Positions 48,273-59,317 of a stretch of 64,000 nt of DNA are shown here, piece after piece. The stretch is from positions 320,001 to 384,000 of the forward strand of contig CAVVUN010000003.1 in assembly GCA_963751455.1 (NCBI GenBank), written 5' to 3'. Every line of letters begins with the position of its first letter. Within the stretch, counting starts at the first letter, position 1. Made by a program: the position numbers and the translations under genes. The notes under the pieces were generated by a model. It was not told the DNA's origin. It saw nothing but the letters and a program-made list of their open reading frames with translations, and did no database searches. This DNA comes from Nitrospirota bacterium (lineage in GTDB: Bacteria; Nitrospirota; UBA9217).

Positions 48273-50270
48273 ATGAAAATTATGCTCGACAAGGAAGTAT
48301 CCGACCTGCTCCGGACGCTCGATGTGCTTAACCTGCCGGCTTTTATCGTTGACAGGCACTGGATCGTCCTTTCTTGTAACGACCGGGCGAATTATTTTCT
48401 CGAGCATGACCGGTCGGACGTGATTGGCAGAAATCTGGACAAATTCATTTCGTTCGACCATAGCCCCCGGGAGGCGCACCTCAACTTTCATCCGGCTCCC
48501 GATGGGGAAGCTTCCTCTTCCATTCGCTCTTTTTGCTTTCGGAAAAACAGCGGACCGATCGTGACCCGGATCGCGGTAATTCGCAATCACAGGCCGGACA
48601 GGACCGTAGTGGTTATTCGGGACATCGTGTCCCAAAAGCCGGCAACCGAGCCGCACTCTCCTTCGGCCGCAATTTCAAATCGGGATTCTCAGGGCGAGCT
48701 GATCAACGAGCTGAGCAGTATCATTAATTCCAGCCTCAGCATCGGGACGATCTTCCGGATGGTGGTTTCCGAATTAAGAAAGATCATAAACTACAGCAGG
48801 GCAAGTCTGCTTCTATTTAACGAGAACGATGACAATCTCCTGATTTTCGCCCTTGATACCGAAATGAAGACGGTCATGAAAAAGGGCGTACGGGCGCCCA
48901 TCGAAGGAACGAGCGCGGGCTGGGTCGTACAAAACAACAAGCCGTGGATCAGCTACGATCTGAGCACGAGCTCCTTTCCCCTGGACAAGAAGCTTCTTTC
49001 CGAAGGCATTCATTCCACGATCAGCATTCCCCTTTTCCACGACCGCATGCTCGGCGTGTTCAATTTCGACAGCGCTGAGCCGTCGCAATATTCCGAAAAG
49101 GACCTTGATATTCTTCTGCCCGTCGCGAAACAGATTGCGATAGCCCTGGAAAACGCGCTCCTGTTCGAAGAGATTTCGAAAGAAAAAAAAGAGTGGGAGA
49201 AAACGTTCGACGCCATCACCGATATGGTATGGATCGAGGACGGGAGGCAGCAGGTGCTCAGGGCGAACCACACGCTGCTCATGAGGACCGGTTACTCAAA
49301 GGCCGAAATCACGAACAAACACTGCGCGCAGCTGCTGGACAAGATCGGGATAGTTGCAAGCGGGAAATGTCTGTGCTCAGAAACGCTTTCCAGCAAAAGA
49401 CCCTCTTTCCAGGAATTGAAGGGCAGCGGGATCTTCCATTTCTGGGCGTATCCTCTCATCGACGAAGAGGGGCGGCTCTATGCCATAGTCCACTATCTCA
49501 AGGACGTAACCGGCCAGAAACGTCTCGAGCATCAGCTGATCAGGTCCGACAAACTTGCGTCGCTCGGAACACTCGTCGCGGGAATAGCGCATGAGATCAA
49601 TAACCCGCTCGGAATCATCGCCGGCTATTCCGAAGCGCTGCTCGACCGCTCTACAGAAAAAGCGCTGAGCGGCTTGAAGGAGTTCGAGGACTTCCCTGGA
49701 TATCTTAAAACAATCCATAACGAGATCTTCCGATGCAAAATGATCCTCAAGAGCCTGCTCGAATTCGCACGTCCGTCAGGCGGCACCTTCCGCGAGATAG
49801 ACATCAACGAGCTGATAAAGGAAGTCCTGCTCCTTCTCAAACACCACACTGCGCGCCTCAAGCATACGCTTAATCTGGACCTGAACCGGGACATCCCGAA
49901 GATCCATGGAGATGCGGGAAGTCTCCGTCAGCTCATGATGAACCTGCTGCTCAATGCGATTTACTTTACTCCCGAAGGCGGGAGCATATTCATCAAGACT
50001 GAACCCGGCCATCTCGATGAAGAAGAAGATTCCATGGCTCTATCTTATAGCATAAGGCTTTCTGTCGGCGATACGGGGTCGGGCATATCTGGAGACATTG
50101 TGGACAAAATTTTCGATCCTTTCTTTACGACAAAGCCGGTAGGGGAGGGCACTGGTCTGGGCCTCACCATCTGCCATAAAATTGTGGAAGAACACGGCGG
50201 CTCGCTCGACGTCAAGAGCGAATCAGGCAAGGGCACTACTTTCATCATCACCTTGCCTACGTTTGGATGA
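48273..50270 (+). CDS. Cytoplasmic PAS-GAF-PAS sensor histidine kinase
   Basis: AGIAHEINNPL H-box, NLLLNA, DTGSGI, FDPFFTTK, GTGLGL. Confidence 0.93.
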   Translation: MKIMLDKEVSDLLRTLDVLNLPAFIVDRHWIVLSCNDRANYFLEHDRSDVIGRNLDKFISFDHSPREAHLNFHPAPDGEASSSIRSFCFRKNSGPIVTRIAVIRNHRPDRTVVVIRDIVSQKPATEPHSPSAAISNRDSQGELINELSSIINSSLSIGTIFRMVVSELRKIINYSRASLLLFNENDDNLLIFALDTEMKTVMKKGVRAPIEGTSAGWVVQNNKPWISYDLSTSSFPLDKKLLSEGIHSTISIPLFHDRMLGVFNFDSAEPSQYSEKDLDILLPVAKQIAIALENALLFEEISKEKKEWEKTFDAITDMVWIEDGRQQVLRANHTLLMRTGYSKAEITNKHCAQLLDKIGIVASGKCLCSETLSSKRPSFQELKGSGIFHFWAYPLIDEEGRLYAIVHYLKDVTGQKRLEHQLIRSDKLASLGTLVAGIAHEINNPLGIIAGYSEALLDRSTEKALSGLKEFEDFPGYLKTIHNEIFRCKMILKSLLEFARPSGGTFREIDINELIKEVLLLLKHHTARLKHTLNLDLNRDIPKIHGDAGSLRQLMMNLLLNAIYFTPEGGSIFIKTEPGHLDEEEDSMALSYSIRLSVGDTGSGISGDIVDKIFDPFFTTKPVGEGTGLGLTICHKIVEEHGGSLDVKSESGKGTTFIITLPTFG

Positions 50271-50433
50271 GCGCTCATAATGATGAACGTTTAATGAGAA
50301 AAGATTTACCACAGAGAACACAGAGGTAACTCATATTTCGTGACCTCTGTGGCTAAAACTATTTTTACAAATCTATGAGTAATGATACTCTTGTATGGCT
50401 TTGCGGCTTCATGTGAGGTAGGCCTGACAAACT

Positions 50434-51765
50434 ATGATCAATATTCTTGCTGTTGACGACGAAGAGCCGTTCCGGCGGCTGCTGAAAAAGGAACTGGGCC
50501 GCAAAGGATACGGCGTCGAGGTCGCCTCCGATGGAAGCGAAGCCGTGCGCCTGCTGCGCGATCGCGTGTTCGACGTGCTCCTTCTCGATGTGGTAATGCC
50601 GGGCGTGGACGGCATCGAGCTGATGAAAAAACTGAAGGATGACGGCTCCACACCGCCCATTATCGTGCTGACCGGCAAGGCCACCGTGGAAACAGCGGTT
50701 GAGGCGATGAAAAACGGCGCCTACGATTATCTCACTAAGCCGTACAAACTCGATGAACTTATAATCGTTATCGACCGCGCGTATGAGTTTGCAAGACTGA
50801 GCGTCAAGAACAAGCTGCTGGAGCAGGAGCTGATCAGGCAGGAAGCTCCCGTCGAATTCATCGGTAAAAGCAGGCAGCTCCAGGAAATTCTTGCGCTGAT
50901 TCAGAAAGTGGCGCCCGCGGATTCTCCGGTCTTCATTCAGGGCGAGAGCGGAACAGGCAAGGAGATCGTCGCCAATACGGTCTGGCACCTGAGCACCCGC
51001 CAGGGAGCGCCGTTCATTGCACTGAACTGCGCAGCGCTTTCGGAAAACCTTATCGAATCCGAGATCTTCGGCCACGAGAAGGGCGCATTTACGAGCGCAT
51101 ATCAAATGAAACACGGTCTGGTTGAAGTTGCGGACAGGGGCACGCTTTTCCTTGACGAGATAGGCGAAATGCCTGTGGGGCTCCAGGCGAAGCTTCTGCG
51201 GTTCCTCGATTCGGGCGAATTCCGTCGGGTCGGCGGAAACAAGGCCCTGCATGTTGATGTGAGAGTCATTGCCGCGACGAACAAGGACCTGCCCGCTATG
51301 ATAAAGACCGGAAACTTCCGGGAAGACCTGTACTACCGCCTGAATGTCATTAATATAACGATTCCGCCGCTGCGGGAGCGAAAAGAGGACATTACCGAGC
51401 TGTCGCGTCATTTTCTGGAAAAGTACGCCAGGAAACTGGCTAAGCACGTCAGGGATTTTACAGCAGAATCGCTTGAACTGCTCATCGCCTATCGGTGGCC
51501 CGGAAACGTCCGCGAGCTCGAGAACGTCGTCGAACGAGCAGTGATCGTCTGCGAATCCGGCACCATCGGGGCCGAGGACCTGTCCATTCCGTCCTATGCC
51601 GGCATCGAGGCAATGAGCTTCAATCCATCTCTCGAGGAGATGGAGAAGGAATATATCCTGCGTGTCCTGAAGGAAACCGGCGGAAACCAGTCAAAAGCGA
51701 GCCAGCTCCTCGGCATCGACCGCAAGACGCTGTATCTTAAGTTGAAAAAATACGAGATCAGCTGA
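50434..51765 (+). CDS. Sigma54-dependent response regulator (NtrC family)
   Basis: REC domain, GESGTGKE, GAFTSA, LFLDEIGE, WPGNVREL, Fis-type HTH. Confidence 0.95.
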   Translation: MINILAVDDEEPFRRLLKKELGRKGYGVEVASDGSEAVRLLRDRVFDVLLLDVVMPGVDGIELMKKLKDDGSTPPIIVLTGKATVETAVEAMKNGAYDYLTKPYKLDELIIVIDRAYEFARLSVKNKLLEQELIRQEAPVEFIGKSRQLQEILALIQKVAPADSPVFIQGESGTGKEIVANTVWHLSTRQGAPFIALNCAALSENLIESEIFGHEKGAFTSAYQMKHGLVEVADRGTLFLDEIGEMPVGLQAKLLRFLDSGEFRRVGGNKALHVDVRVIAATNKDLPAMIKTGNFREDLYYRLNVINITIPPLRERKEDITELSRHFLEKYARKLAKHVRDFTAESLELLIAYRWPGNVRELENVVERAVIVCESGTIGAEDLSIPSYAGIEAMSFNPSLEEMEKEYILRVLKETGGNQSKASQLLGIDRKTLYLKLKKYEIS

Positions 51766-51960
51766 CACACAACCTCCTGCTGACGGCGAATGCGGATCAG
51801 CCGGAAACAAAAGGTAATGGCGACGAAGCCCGTTTCGTCTTCGTTGTTCGTCTTAAACACTGACCGTAAACCGAATCTCGATACGGGCTTCTAAACCGTA
51901 AAACGACACCGATCTCTTCATTTTGCGCAAAATTTCATTTATAAGAATCAGGTTCATATT

Positions 51961-52854
51961 ATGATCTCTTCTAAATCAGCTCCCATTCTACTGGTTCACG
52001 GCGGCGCCGGTTATAAACGGCCGAAAAAGAAATCTCTTTCCGTGATCGCAGAATCACTTGCGCGGGGTTACGCGGTTCTCCTTAACAACGGCTCTGCAAT
52101 AGATGCTGTCGTCATCGCTATTCGTGTTCTTGAAGATTCGGGCATCTTTAACGCGGGCCTCGGCGGCGTACTGCAGCTCGATGGAGTTCAGAGGCTTGAC
52201 GCTTCAGTCATGGAAGGCAAGGAGCTCAAAGCAGGAGCTGTGGCCGGGCTTGAAGGTTTCCGGAATCCGATTGATGCGGCAAGACGCGTGATGGAGACGG
52301 GCCATGTCATGCTCACCGATATAGGGGCAGGCAGAATAGCCCGGGGTCTGCCGCGTCTTCCGAAACCTTCAAAGGAATCCCGTGCAAAATTGAAAAGGCT
52401 CGTTGAAAAAGAGCCTGCCATTCTTGATCTTTATCGTAAACATTTTTCTACAGTAGGCGCGGTCGCCCTGGATGGGAAAGGAAACCTGGCTGCCGGAACA
52501 TCAACCGGCGGTACGTATGCAATGCTTCCCGGGAGGGTGGGCGACTCGCCCATAATAGGCGCAGGAACTTACGCCGAGAACGTCGCGGGCGCAGTATCAT
52601 GCACGGGCGCAGGAGAATATATCATGAGGCGCGCCCTGGCTAAAGAACTCTGCATGCTGATGTCGGATGTGGCGCCGGTGAGCGCTGCAAGCAAGGCCTT
52701 GAAGGGAATCCTCAAAATCGGAGGTCAGGCAGGTCTGATCGCTCTTGATCGGCAAGGCCGCTTCACACTGGCTCATACAACAGAATACATGGCAGGCGGT
52801 TACGCAAAGGGGAAAAGGATACAGGTTCAGGAAGGTTTTAAAAGGGTACGTTAA
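51961..52854 (+). CDS. Isoaspartyl peptidase/L-asparaginase (Ntn hydrolase)
   Basis: VHGGAG, TVGAVALD, TSTGG, GRVGDSP, SCTGAGE. Confidence 0.9.
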   Translation: MISSKSAPILLVHGGAGYKRPKKKSLSVIAESLARGYAVLLNNGSAIDAVVIAIRVLEDSGIFNAGLGGVLQLDGVQRLDASVMEGKELKAGAVAGLEGFRNPIDAARRVMETGHVMLTDIGAGRIARGLPRLPKPSKESRAKLKRLVEKEPAILDLYRKHFSTVGAVALDGKGNLAAGTSTGGTYAMLPGRVGDSPIIGAGTYAENVAGAVSCTGAGEYIMRRALAKELCMLMSDVAPVSAASKALKGILKIGGQAGLIALDRQGRFTLAHTTEYMAGGYAKGKRIQVQEGFKRVR

Positions 52855-52861
52855 TCAAGCA

Positions 52862-53806
52862 TTAACTCTTGTCCGGTCTTGTTAAAGAGTTCCCGTATCC
52901 CTCTTTATCGATAAAATCTCTTCTGAATGCATCACCGTTCAATTTTTCACCGATAATTACTATCCTGTTGTCCTCCACATTCTTCCCGAAGGCTGCACAA
53001 TTCACCTTGCCGTAGACAAGATCGAACCGGTATGGTCCGCAGTCTGTTGAGACAAGGGCTTTGGCCCTTACTATAGTGCCGTACCGACCGGAGGGAAGCT
53101 CTCTGAAGAGCTTCTTTACAGCCTCGAATTCGAGGCCCTGCTTCAGTCTATAGGATAGTGTATCGAAATGAAAATGCCCGCCAAAACGTTCTTTTTTATA
53201 TTTATCCACACCCGCCCTCACCTCGGTCCTCTCTCGTGAGAGAGCACGAAATAAAGAATCTTGAACTTCGGCATTAGCCGTTCTGAACAGTATCGCCTGC
53301 GGATTGATTGCCTCGATTAAATGAACTGCTTCCACGATTTTTTCCTCTTCGGCAATATCTATCTTGTTCGCCAAAATTACATCCGAGTTGATGATCTGGT
53401 CTTCAAAAAAAGCTCCGTACATGCCGGACGCCCAGAGCTCGGCGAATTCGGTTACATCGATGAGGCCGATCACACTGATCCTGCTGATGCGCATACTCCG
53501 GAGCGCTTCGAGAACTCCGGACGGCGACGCGATACCGCTCGGCTCTATAATAAGCTGATCCGGCGAAAACTCGTTGATGATCCTTTTGACAATTGTTACG
53601 AGCTCGGATTTCAGACTACAGCACACACACCCGCTTGGTAGTTCAATGCACTCTATGCCGCCGGCAGAAAATATTTCACCGTCAATCCCGGCTGCACCGA
53701 AATCGTTTACGAGCACCACGGTTTTCTCTCTCTTGTCCTTCAGGAAGTTTCTGATAAACGTTGTCTTCCCGGAACCCAGCAACCCGCAAACAACCGTTGT
53801 TTTCAT
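52862..53806 (-). CDS. CobW/COG0523 metallochaperone GTPase
   Basis: GLLGSGKTT, NDFG, GCVCC, EPSG, NKID. Confidence 0.9.
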   Translation of the reverse strand: MKTTVVCGLLGSGKTTFIRNFLKDKREKTVVLVNDFGAAGIDGEIFSAGGIECIELPSGCVCCSLKSELVTIVKRIINEFSPDQLIIEPSGIASPSGVLEALRSMRISRISVIGLIDVTEFAELWASGMYGAFFEDQIINSDVILANKIDIAEEEKIVEAVHLIEAINPQAILFRTANAEVQDSLFRALSRERTEVRAGVDKYKKERFGGHFHFDTLSYRLKQGLEFEAVKKLFRELPSGRYGTIVRAKALVSTDCGPYRFDLVYGKVNCAAFGKNVEDNRIVIIGEKLNGDAFRRDFIDKEGYGNSLTRPDKS

Positions 53807-54152
53807 ATAAAGGCTCTCCTCGCAATGACATATATTGCAAATTCCATGCGCTGCACAGATTCGCTATTTCTTTATGAGAATTGATGAGAATTGAGAAATA
53901 TGTACACGAATATCCCCATATCAGGTGAGGAATTTTTCCCCGCCTATGAGGTATTATTCAACTATTCCATATTTGAATACTTTCTCAAATTACAACTTTA
54001 CTTTGAACGCATTTCGCCTCGCCAGGACGGAAAATTTATTCGCCTAATAATGCAGTAAAAATAGGGCCTAAATCGATTCTTTTCCTGTTTTGACTCCAGC
54101 TCCAATACAGCGGCTCATGAAATGTCGAATGCTCTGTTTTGGTTACTTATTG

Positions 54153-54168
54153 TGGCACTATAAATGCA
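54153..54168 (+). promoter_or_regulatory. Sigma54 -24/-12 promoter
   Basis: TGGCACTATAAATGCA (GG-N10-GC) directly upstream of the operon. Confidence 0.75.
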
Positions 54169-54184
54169 TTATTAGTAACGCGTC

Positions 54185-54508
54185 ATGAAGAACACTATTC
54201 TTTGCTCCTCTAATCCGATATTGATAAAGAGTCTGTACGGTATTCTCCGGGACCAAGGGCTTGAAGTAGAAGTCATAGAACATCCTGCCCTTGCCGTTCA
54301 GAAGGTGATGGCCATAAGGTACGACTTTATAGTTATTGACTCCGACCCGTTTGGTCTTTCTGCTGAAGACGCGGTAAATATCATAAAAACGGTTGCACCC
54401 GGCCTTCCTATTCTCTTCATAGGCAACAGCGGCGGCGGCCGGATTGAAGCACCTCTTGATCTTGAAGAGTTCAAGCGAATGATCGACAGCATCAGTCAGA
54501 TGGCGTGA
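54185..54508 (+). CDS. Degenerate stand-alone receiver-like protein
   Basis: REC-like pattern YDFIVID...PGLPILFI; lacks the N-terminal acidic pair and the conserved Lys. Confidence 0.6.
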   Translation: MKNTILCSSNPILIKSLYGILRDQGLEVEVIEHPALAVQKVMAIRYDFIVIDSDPFGLSAEDAVNIIKTVAPGLPILFIGNSGGGRIEAPLDLEEFKRMIDSISQMA

Positions 54509-54537
54509 CTACAATCAAAATTCTGAAGGGAGACGCT

Positions 54538-55566
54538 ATGAGACCGAAGGACGTTATTTTAAAGGCTTTCGAAGGAGGCAAGCCGGACAGACTTCCGGTT
54601 ACGCTTTTCGGCGCCGGAATGTGGAGCATTAAAGATTGGGGCACCTCGTTTCAAGCTCTTTCACGGGATGCTGACAAAATGACGTCTATGCTCGTGGAAA
54701 TGGCTCCGAAGCTTCAGTGCGACATGGTATATCCGGGTTCCGGCTACAACAACTTCCACGCATCTGCGCTGGGCGGCAAGATCAAATTCCGCGAGATAGG
54801 CGCGCCCGACCTGGAAAACCACTTCGTGTCTTCAGAGGAAGATCTTGCGAAGCTGAATTTGTCCGATCTCGATAAGGATGAGACGATCAACACTGTAAAG
54901 AAAGCTCTCCGCCGGACCAAGGCGAAGATTGGTGACACCTATGTGGTAACCATGACTGCCTGGGGCCCGTTTACCCTGGGCGCGCGTCTTGTTGGAGAAG
55001 AAACCATGATGAAGGCGACATTTAAAAAACCCGCCTTTGTCGAGAAGGTAATCAACTTTGCTACCGACCTCCTGATCCATCTGTACGAGCCGATTGTTTC
55101 GGACAAAACTCTCGACGTCATAAGCCTTGCCGATCCGACCGCTTCAGGTGACCTCATATCCAAAAAACAGTTCGAGAAATTCGCCGTGCCCTACCTCAAG
55201 AAATTCACGGACTGGGCAAAAGCGAAAGGCGTACATACACTTGTCCATATTTGCGGCAATACGACCGACCGGCTGGATCTTTTTCCGCTTACCGGAGCAA
55301 GCTGCATCAGTCTCGATCATAAGACCGATATAGCAAAGGCAAGGGAAACGCTCCATGGCAAGATGTGCTTCGGTGGAAATGTGGACCCCGTGAAAATCAT
55401 GCTGAATGGCACGGTACAGGATGTAGAGAAGGCATGTACGGATATCATAAATGCGACCGGCAGGGACGGTGGTTTCGTTCTTATGCCGGGCTGCGACATT
55501 CCGCCGACCGTACCCTATGACAACATCAGGAAATTCATCCAGGTGGCTCACGAGACGAAGATGTGA
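54538..55566 (+). CDS. MtaA/CmuA/UroD-family Zn methyltransferase 1
   Basis: GPFT, ADPTAS, HICG, GNVDP, PGCDIP. Confidence 0.85.
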   Translation: MRPKDVILKAFEGGKPDRLPVTLFGAGMWSIKDWGTSFQALSRDADKMTSMLVEMAPKLQCDMVYPGSGYNNFHASALGGKIKFREIGAPDLENHFVSSEEDLAKLNLSDLDKDETINTVKKALRRTKAKIGDTYVVTMTAWGPFTLGARLVGEETMMKATFKKPAFVEKVINFATDLLIHLYEPIVSDKTLDVISLADPTASGDLISKKQFEKFAVPYLKKFTDWAKAKGVHTLVHICGNTTDRLDLFPLTGASCISLDHKTDIAKARETLHGKMCFGGNVDPVKIMLNGTVQDVEKACTDIINATGRDGGFVLMPGCDIPPTVPYDNIRKFIQVAHETKM

Positions 55567-55917
55567 TCGTAACCACGGATAAACACAGGTCCGGCTTTGC
55601 CGGACACACAGATAACAACCATGAGAAAAGAGTAAATGAAACAAAAAATTAGAGCTTGTCGTGTGTGTACTCCAGCGTACCCATTTACTATTTGTTCAAT
55701 ATACTTATGCTTATCCGTGCGTTTCGCGAAGCGAAACCCGTGGTTCCAGTTTATAAATATTCCGTGTAAACCGGGTTAGAGGGCATTACAAATCGACAAG
55801 GAGGTGACAGGCCTTAATCAGAAGTTGAAAGGAGGTCGATTCGTGGGTTTTTTAGAGGAGTTGAAAAAATTGTTTTTCCGGGCGCAAGAAGTGTCCGGGC
55901 AAAGGGAGGCAATAAAA

Positions 55918-56361
55918 ATGGCAGATAAAAAAATGACTTTAGAAGAAGTAAATGAGTACATGAAAAAGCAGTGCGGTTTTGTTCCGCGCATGTTCCAGAT
56001 CATCAACACGGTGACACCGGAACCGGGCAGGACGTTTGCAGACTTCTATGCTAGCATATTTGCCGACGGCGCGCTTTCGCGCAAAGTGAAAGAGCTGATG
56101 TTCATGGCAGGCGGCGTATCATATTGTTCGCCGCGGTGCATCATCCACGTGATCCCCGCCATCAACGCGGGTGCGACCACGGGCGAGATCTTCGAGGCCG
56201 CTTCTGTAGGCATGATCCTGGCAGGCTTCGTGCCGGGAGGCCCCGGCATACCGTACGCTTTCGAGTATGCGCTGAAATGCCTCGACATCGAGGCCAAATA
56301 CCGGAAGGGCGAGAAGTGGGAGTATCTTCCTCAGCCCAAGTTCGACCACGGCGTGTTCTAA
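55918..56361 (+). CDS. CMD/AhpD-family protein
   Basis: DGALSRKVKEL...CSPRCIIH...AGATTGEIFE; alternative in-frame GTG start with RBS at 55843. Confidence 0.85.
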   Translation: MADKKMTLEEVNEYMKKQCGFVPRMFQIINTVTPEPGRTFADFYASIFADGALSRKVKELMFMAGGVSYCSPRCIIHVIPAINAGATTGEIFEAASVGMILAGFVPGGPGIPYAFEYALKCLDIEAKYRKGEKWEYLPQPKFDHGVF

Positions 56362-56557
56362 ACTAATATCGACAGCGGGGGAGCGTTTCGAAGGCTCCCC
56401 CGTTATTTTGGAATTATCTTTGTTCATAAAAATGGCGTTGTTCTCACACAAAGCCACAAAGGCACAAAGAAAACAGGTTGTAATATTTTTTCCTTCGTGT
56501 CTCTGTGCCTTCGTGTGAGTCAAAACCGTCCTCGAATTTAGATTAAAGGGGCCAATC

Positions 56558-57505
56558 ATGTTTCGATTTAACAGAGAACAAAAAGTTTTTACCCTTGACG
56601 GCATCAAGATCGGCGGACAGCCGGGTGAAAACCCGCCGCTGCTGATCGCGTCCATGTTTCACAACAAGGACAGGATTTTGACGGACCGGAAGGGCAACTT
56701 CGACCGCGCAAAAGCGGTCGAGTTGATCAGGACTCAGGAAAAGCTTTCCGAGTCTACCGGGATTCCTTCCATGGTCGCCATGGTGGCCAACTCGGCAGAA
56801 GAAGCTAAGATCTACATCGATTTTTACCGCGAGACCACGAAGATGCCCTTCGGCATCGACATGTGGGTGGCAGAAAAAAGAGCGGAGGCAACCGAGTACG
56901 TCGCTCAACTGGGCCTGCAGGACCAGTTTCTGTATAACAGCATCACTCCCTGGGACAAAGACATCAAGGGTCAGGTGCAGAAGCTTAAGGACCTCGGGAT
57001 CAAGCACGTTGTGCTACAGGCCTTTGACGACAAGGACCAGTCTCCGGCCGGCCGCCTGAACTCTCTGGAGAACATCCTGGGACAGGGCGCGGACTGTTTC
57101 GAGACTATCATAGTTGATACGTCTGTAATGAACCTGCCTGCTACGTCTTTCTCCCTGGTGGCCAACAGGCTGATCAAGGAGAAACTGGGTCTTCCCTGCG
57201 GCGGCGCCTACTCGAACGGGACGCATATGTGGCAAGCGGCGAAAACTATCTGGAGCCTGGACGGGTTCAAGGCGATGGATGCGGTCGCACAGGGCATGGC
57301 GTCGGTCCTGTGGAGCGACTTCAATTTCTACGGCCCGATAGTTACCGCGCCGCGCATTTTCCCCGCAGTAGCTGCCGCGCATATCCTGCTGAGCACGCTC
57401 ATATATCATGAAACACAGACCATGCCCGAAAGTAAAAATCTCCCGATCAAGAAGTACTTCGGGGACTTTCTGGAAAAATTGGAAGCAGGAGCAGCGAGAA
57501 AGTAG
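56558..57505 (+). CDS. MtrH/CmuB-like pterin:corrinoid methyltransferase
   Basis: MFRFNREQKVF...IGGQPGENP...SMF...LYNSI...GLPCGGA..N...FYGP. Confidence 0.85.
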   Translation: MFRFNREQKVFTLDGIKIGGQPGENPPLLIASMFHNKDRILTDRKGNFDRAKAVELIRTQEKLSESTGIPSMVAMVANSAEEAKIYIDFYRETTKMPFGIDMWVAEKRAEATEYVAQLGLQDQFLYNSITPWDKDIKGQVQKLKDLGIKHVVLQAFDDKDQSPAGRLNSLENILGQGADCFETIIVDTSVMNLPATSFSLVANRLIKEKLGLPCGGAYSNGTHMWQAAKTIWSLDGFKAMDAVAQGMASVLWSDFNFYGPIVTAPRIFPAVAAAHILLSTLIYHETQTMPESKNLPIKKYFGDFLEKLEAGAARK

Positions 57506-57592
57506 CGCTCTCGCGCTATTTCAAAATGGAAAATGCAAAGTGATAATAAGTCCAATTTGCACTTTGCAATAAGTTATTGAAAAGGAGGATGC

Positions 57593-58621
57593 ATGACCAC
57601 ATTAAGTGCAAGAGACCGCGTGTTGAAGCTCTTCGCGGGAGAAGAGGTGGACCGGCCGCCGTGCTTCAGCGGCATGGGTAATGTAACCACCGAGGGGTTG
57701 AAGTCGCTCGGTCAGAAGTTCGCGGCCACGCATCTTGACGCAAAAATGATGGCCGCGGCCGCGGCAAGCACATTCAAGCTCTTCGGGTTCGAGTGCGGGG
57801 TCTTACCGTTCGACCTGTGCATCGAAGCAGAGGCGTTGGGCTGCGAAATCAACGTGTATGCGCACTCTGAGGACCTTCTCTATCCTACCATCAAGAAGAA
57901 ACTGATCCACAACGAGGCTGAGATGGAAATTTCCATCCCTTCCAATATTTCCGAACGCGGCCGGGTCCCGCTGATGAGGGACGCGATCGGGCTCCTCAAG
58001 AAGGACATCGGCTCACAAACAGCAATCGGTTCGTACGTTCTGGGGCCTTTCACGCTGGCCGGCCAGGTAATGGAGCTGAACGACCTTCTGAAACTTTCCT
58101 TCAAAAAGCCTGACAAGATCGGCAAGCTCCTTGACCAGCTCTCCGATGTCATTATCCAGGTAGCCGGAGAGTACGAGAAGGCCGGCGTCGATTACATCAC
58201 CGTGCGCGAAATGGGAGCGACTTCCGACGTTCTCTCCCCCCGCGTGTTCAAGAGCCTGATCCTGCCGTACCTGAAGAAGATCTTCGACAAGCTTACGGTG
58301 CCCAGTGTGCTGCACATATGCGGCAAAACAAACGATATCGCTCCGTTCATGGTCGAGAGCGGCGCCAGGGCAATAAGCGTGGACCAGAAGAACGACGTAG
58401 CTGAAACAAGAAAGAAGCTTGGTCCCAAAACGCTTATCTTCGGAAACTATGACCCCTACAACGTGCTGGTTGCGGGCACGCCGGAGCAGGTTCGAGTGAC
58501 GATCAATAAATGCATGGACGACGGTGTAAGCGCCGTGTGGCCGGGATGCGACATCTGGCCTACGGTGCCGGTAGACAATTTCACAACGATGATGGATCAA
58601 GTCAGAAAGTTCAGGAGGTAA
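57593..58621 (+). CDS. MtaA/CmuA-family Zn methyltransferase 2
   Basis: PFDLCIEAEALGC, GPFTLA, LHICG, GNYDP, PGCDIW. Confidence 0.88.
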   Translation: MTTLSARDRVLKLFAGEEVDRPPCFSGMGNVTTEGLKSLGQKFAATHLDAKMMAAAAASTFKLFGFECGVLPFDLCIEAEALGCEINVYAHSEDLLYPTIKKKLIHNEAEMEISIPSNISERGRVPLMRDAIGLLKKDIGSQTAIGSYVLGPFTLAGQVMELNDLLKLSFKKPDKIGKLLDQLSDVIIQVAGEYEKAGVDYITVREMGATSDVLSPRVFKSLILPYLKKIFDKLTVPSVLHICGKTNDIAPFMVESGARAISVDQKNDVAETRKKLGPKTLIFGNYDPYNVLVAGTPEQVRVTINKCMDDGVSAVWPGCDIWPTVPVDNFTTMMDQVRKFRR

Positions 58622-58624
58622 TCC

Positions 58625-59317
58625 ATGGCAACGGAAGAGAAGAAGAAGGAGCTTTTGGAGAAACTGCGGAACGCCGTTATCCAGTACGATGAAGATACGT
58701 CGAAAGAGGCCGCTCATGAAGCCCTCAAGGAGGGAATAGAGGCGAACGACGCGATTTTCAACGGCCTCGTCAGCGGTATGGTGGAGGTGGGCAAAATGTT
58801 CGAGGCCCAGGAGTATTTCGTCCCGGAGCTGCTGATGTGCGCCGACGCGCTTTATGCAGGCCTCGACATCCTGAAGCCCCATGTCACGCAGCTCGACCTC
58901 GGGGTAAAGGGGTCGGTCGTAATCGGTACGGTCGAAGGAGACGTCCATGATATCGGCAAGAACATCGTAAAGATGATGTTCGACGTTGCCGGCTTCACGG
59001 TCTATGACCTTGGCCGCGACGTACCGCTCGATAAGTTCGTTGCCGAACAGATGCGCACTGACTCGGACCTTGTCTGCCTGTCCGCGATGATGACCACGAC
59101 CATGACGGGGATGAAAAAAGTCATCGATGACCTGCGGACCAAGAACCCGAACGTCAAGATCATGATCGGCGGCGCGCCGGTTTCGCAGGATGTGGCCGAC
59201 AAGTACGGCGCGGACGGCTATGCCAAGGATGCGACAAACGCGCTCAAGGACGCCATCAACATGGTTGCGTCCCTGAAGAAAATGAAGGATGAGGTTGAAG
59301 CAAAGAAGGCAAAATGA
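58625..59317 (+). CDS. Corrinoid protein (MtaC/MttC-like)
   Basis: GTVEGDVHDIGKNIV (DxHxxG), DLGRDVP, LSAM, IGGAP. Confidence 0.93.
   Translation: MATEEKKKELLEKLRNAVIQYDEDTSKEAAHEALKEGIEANDAIFNGLVSGMVEVGKMFEAQEYFVPELLMCADALYAGLDILKPHVTQLDLGVKGSVVIGTVEGDVHDIGKNIVKMMFDVAGFTVYDLGRDVPLDKFVAEQMRTDSDLVCLSAMMTTTMTGMKKVIDDLRTKNPNVKIMIGGAPVSQDVADKYGADGYAKDATNALKDAINMVASLKKMKDEVEAKKAK

Noticed and set aside
53836-53852. Sigma54 promoter for the CobW gene
   Set aside because: GCGCATGGAATTTGCA lacks the invariant GG at -24.
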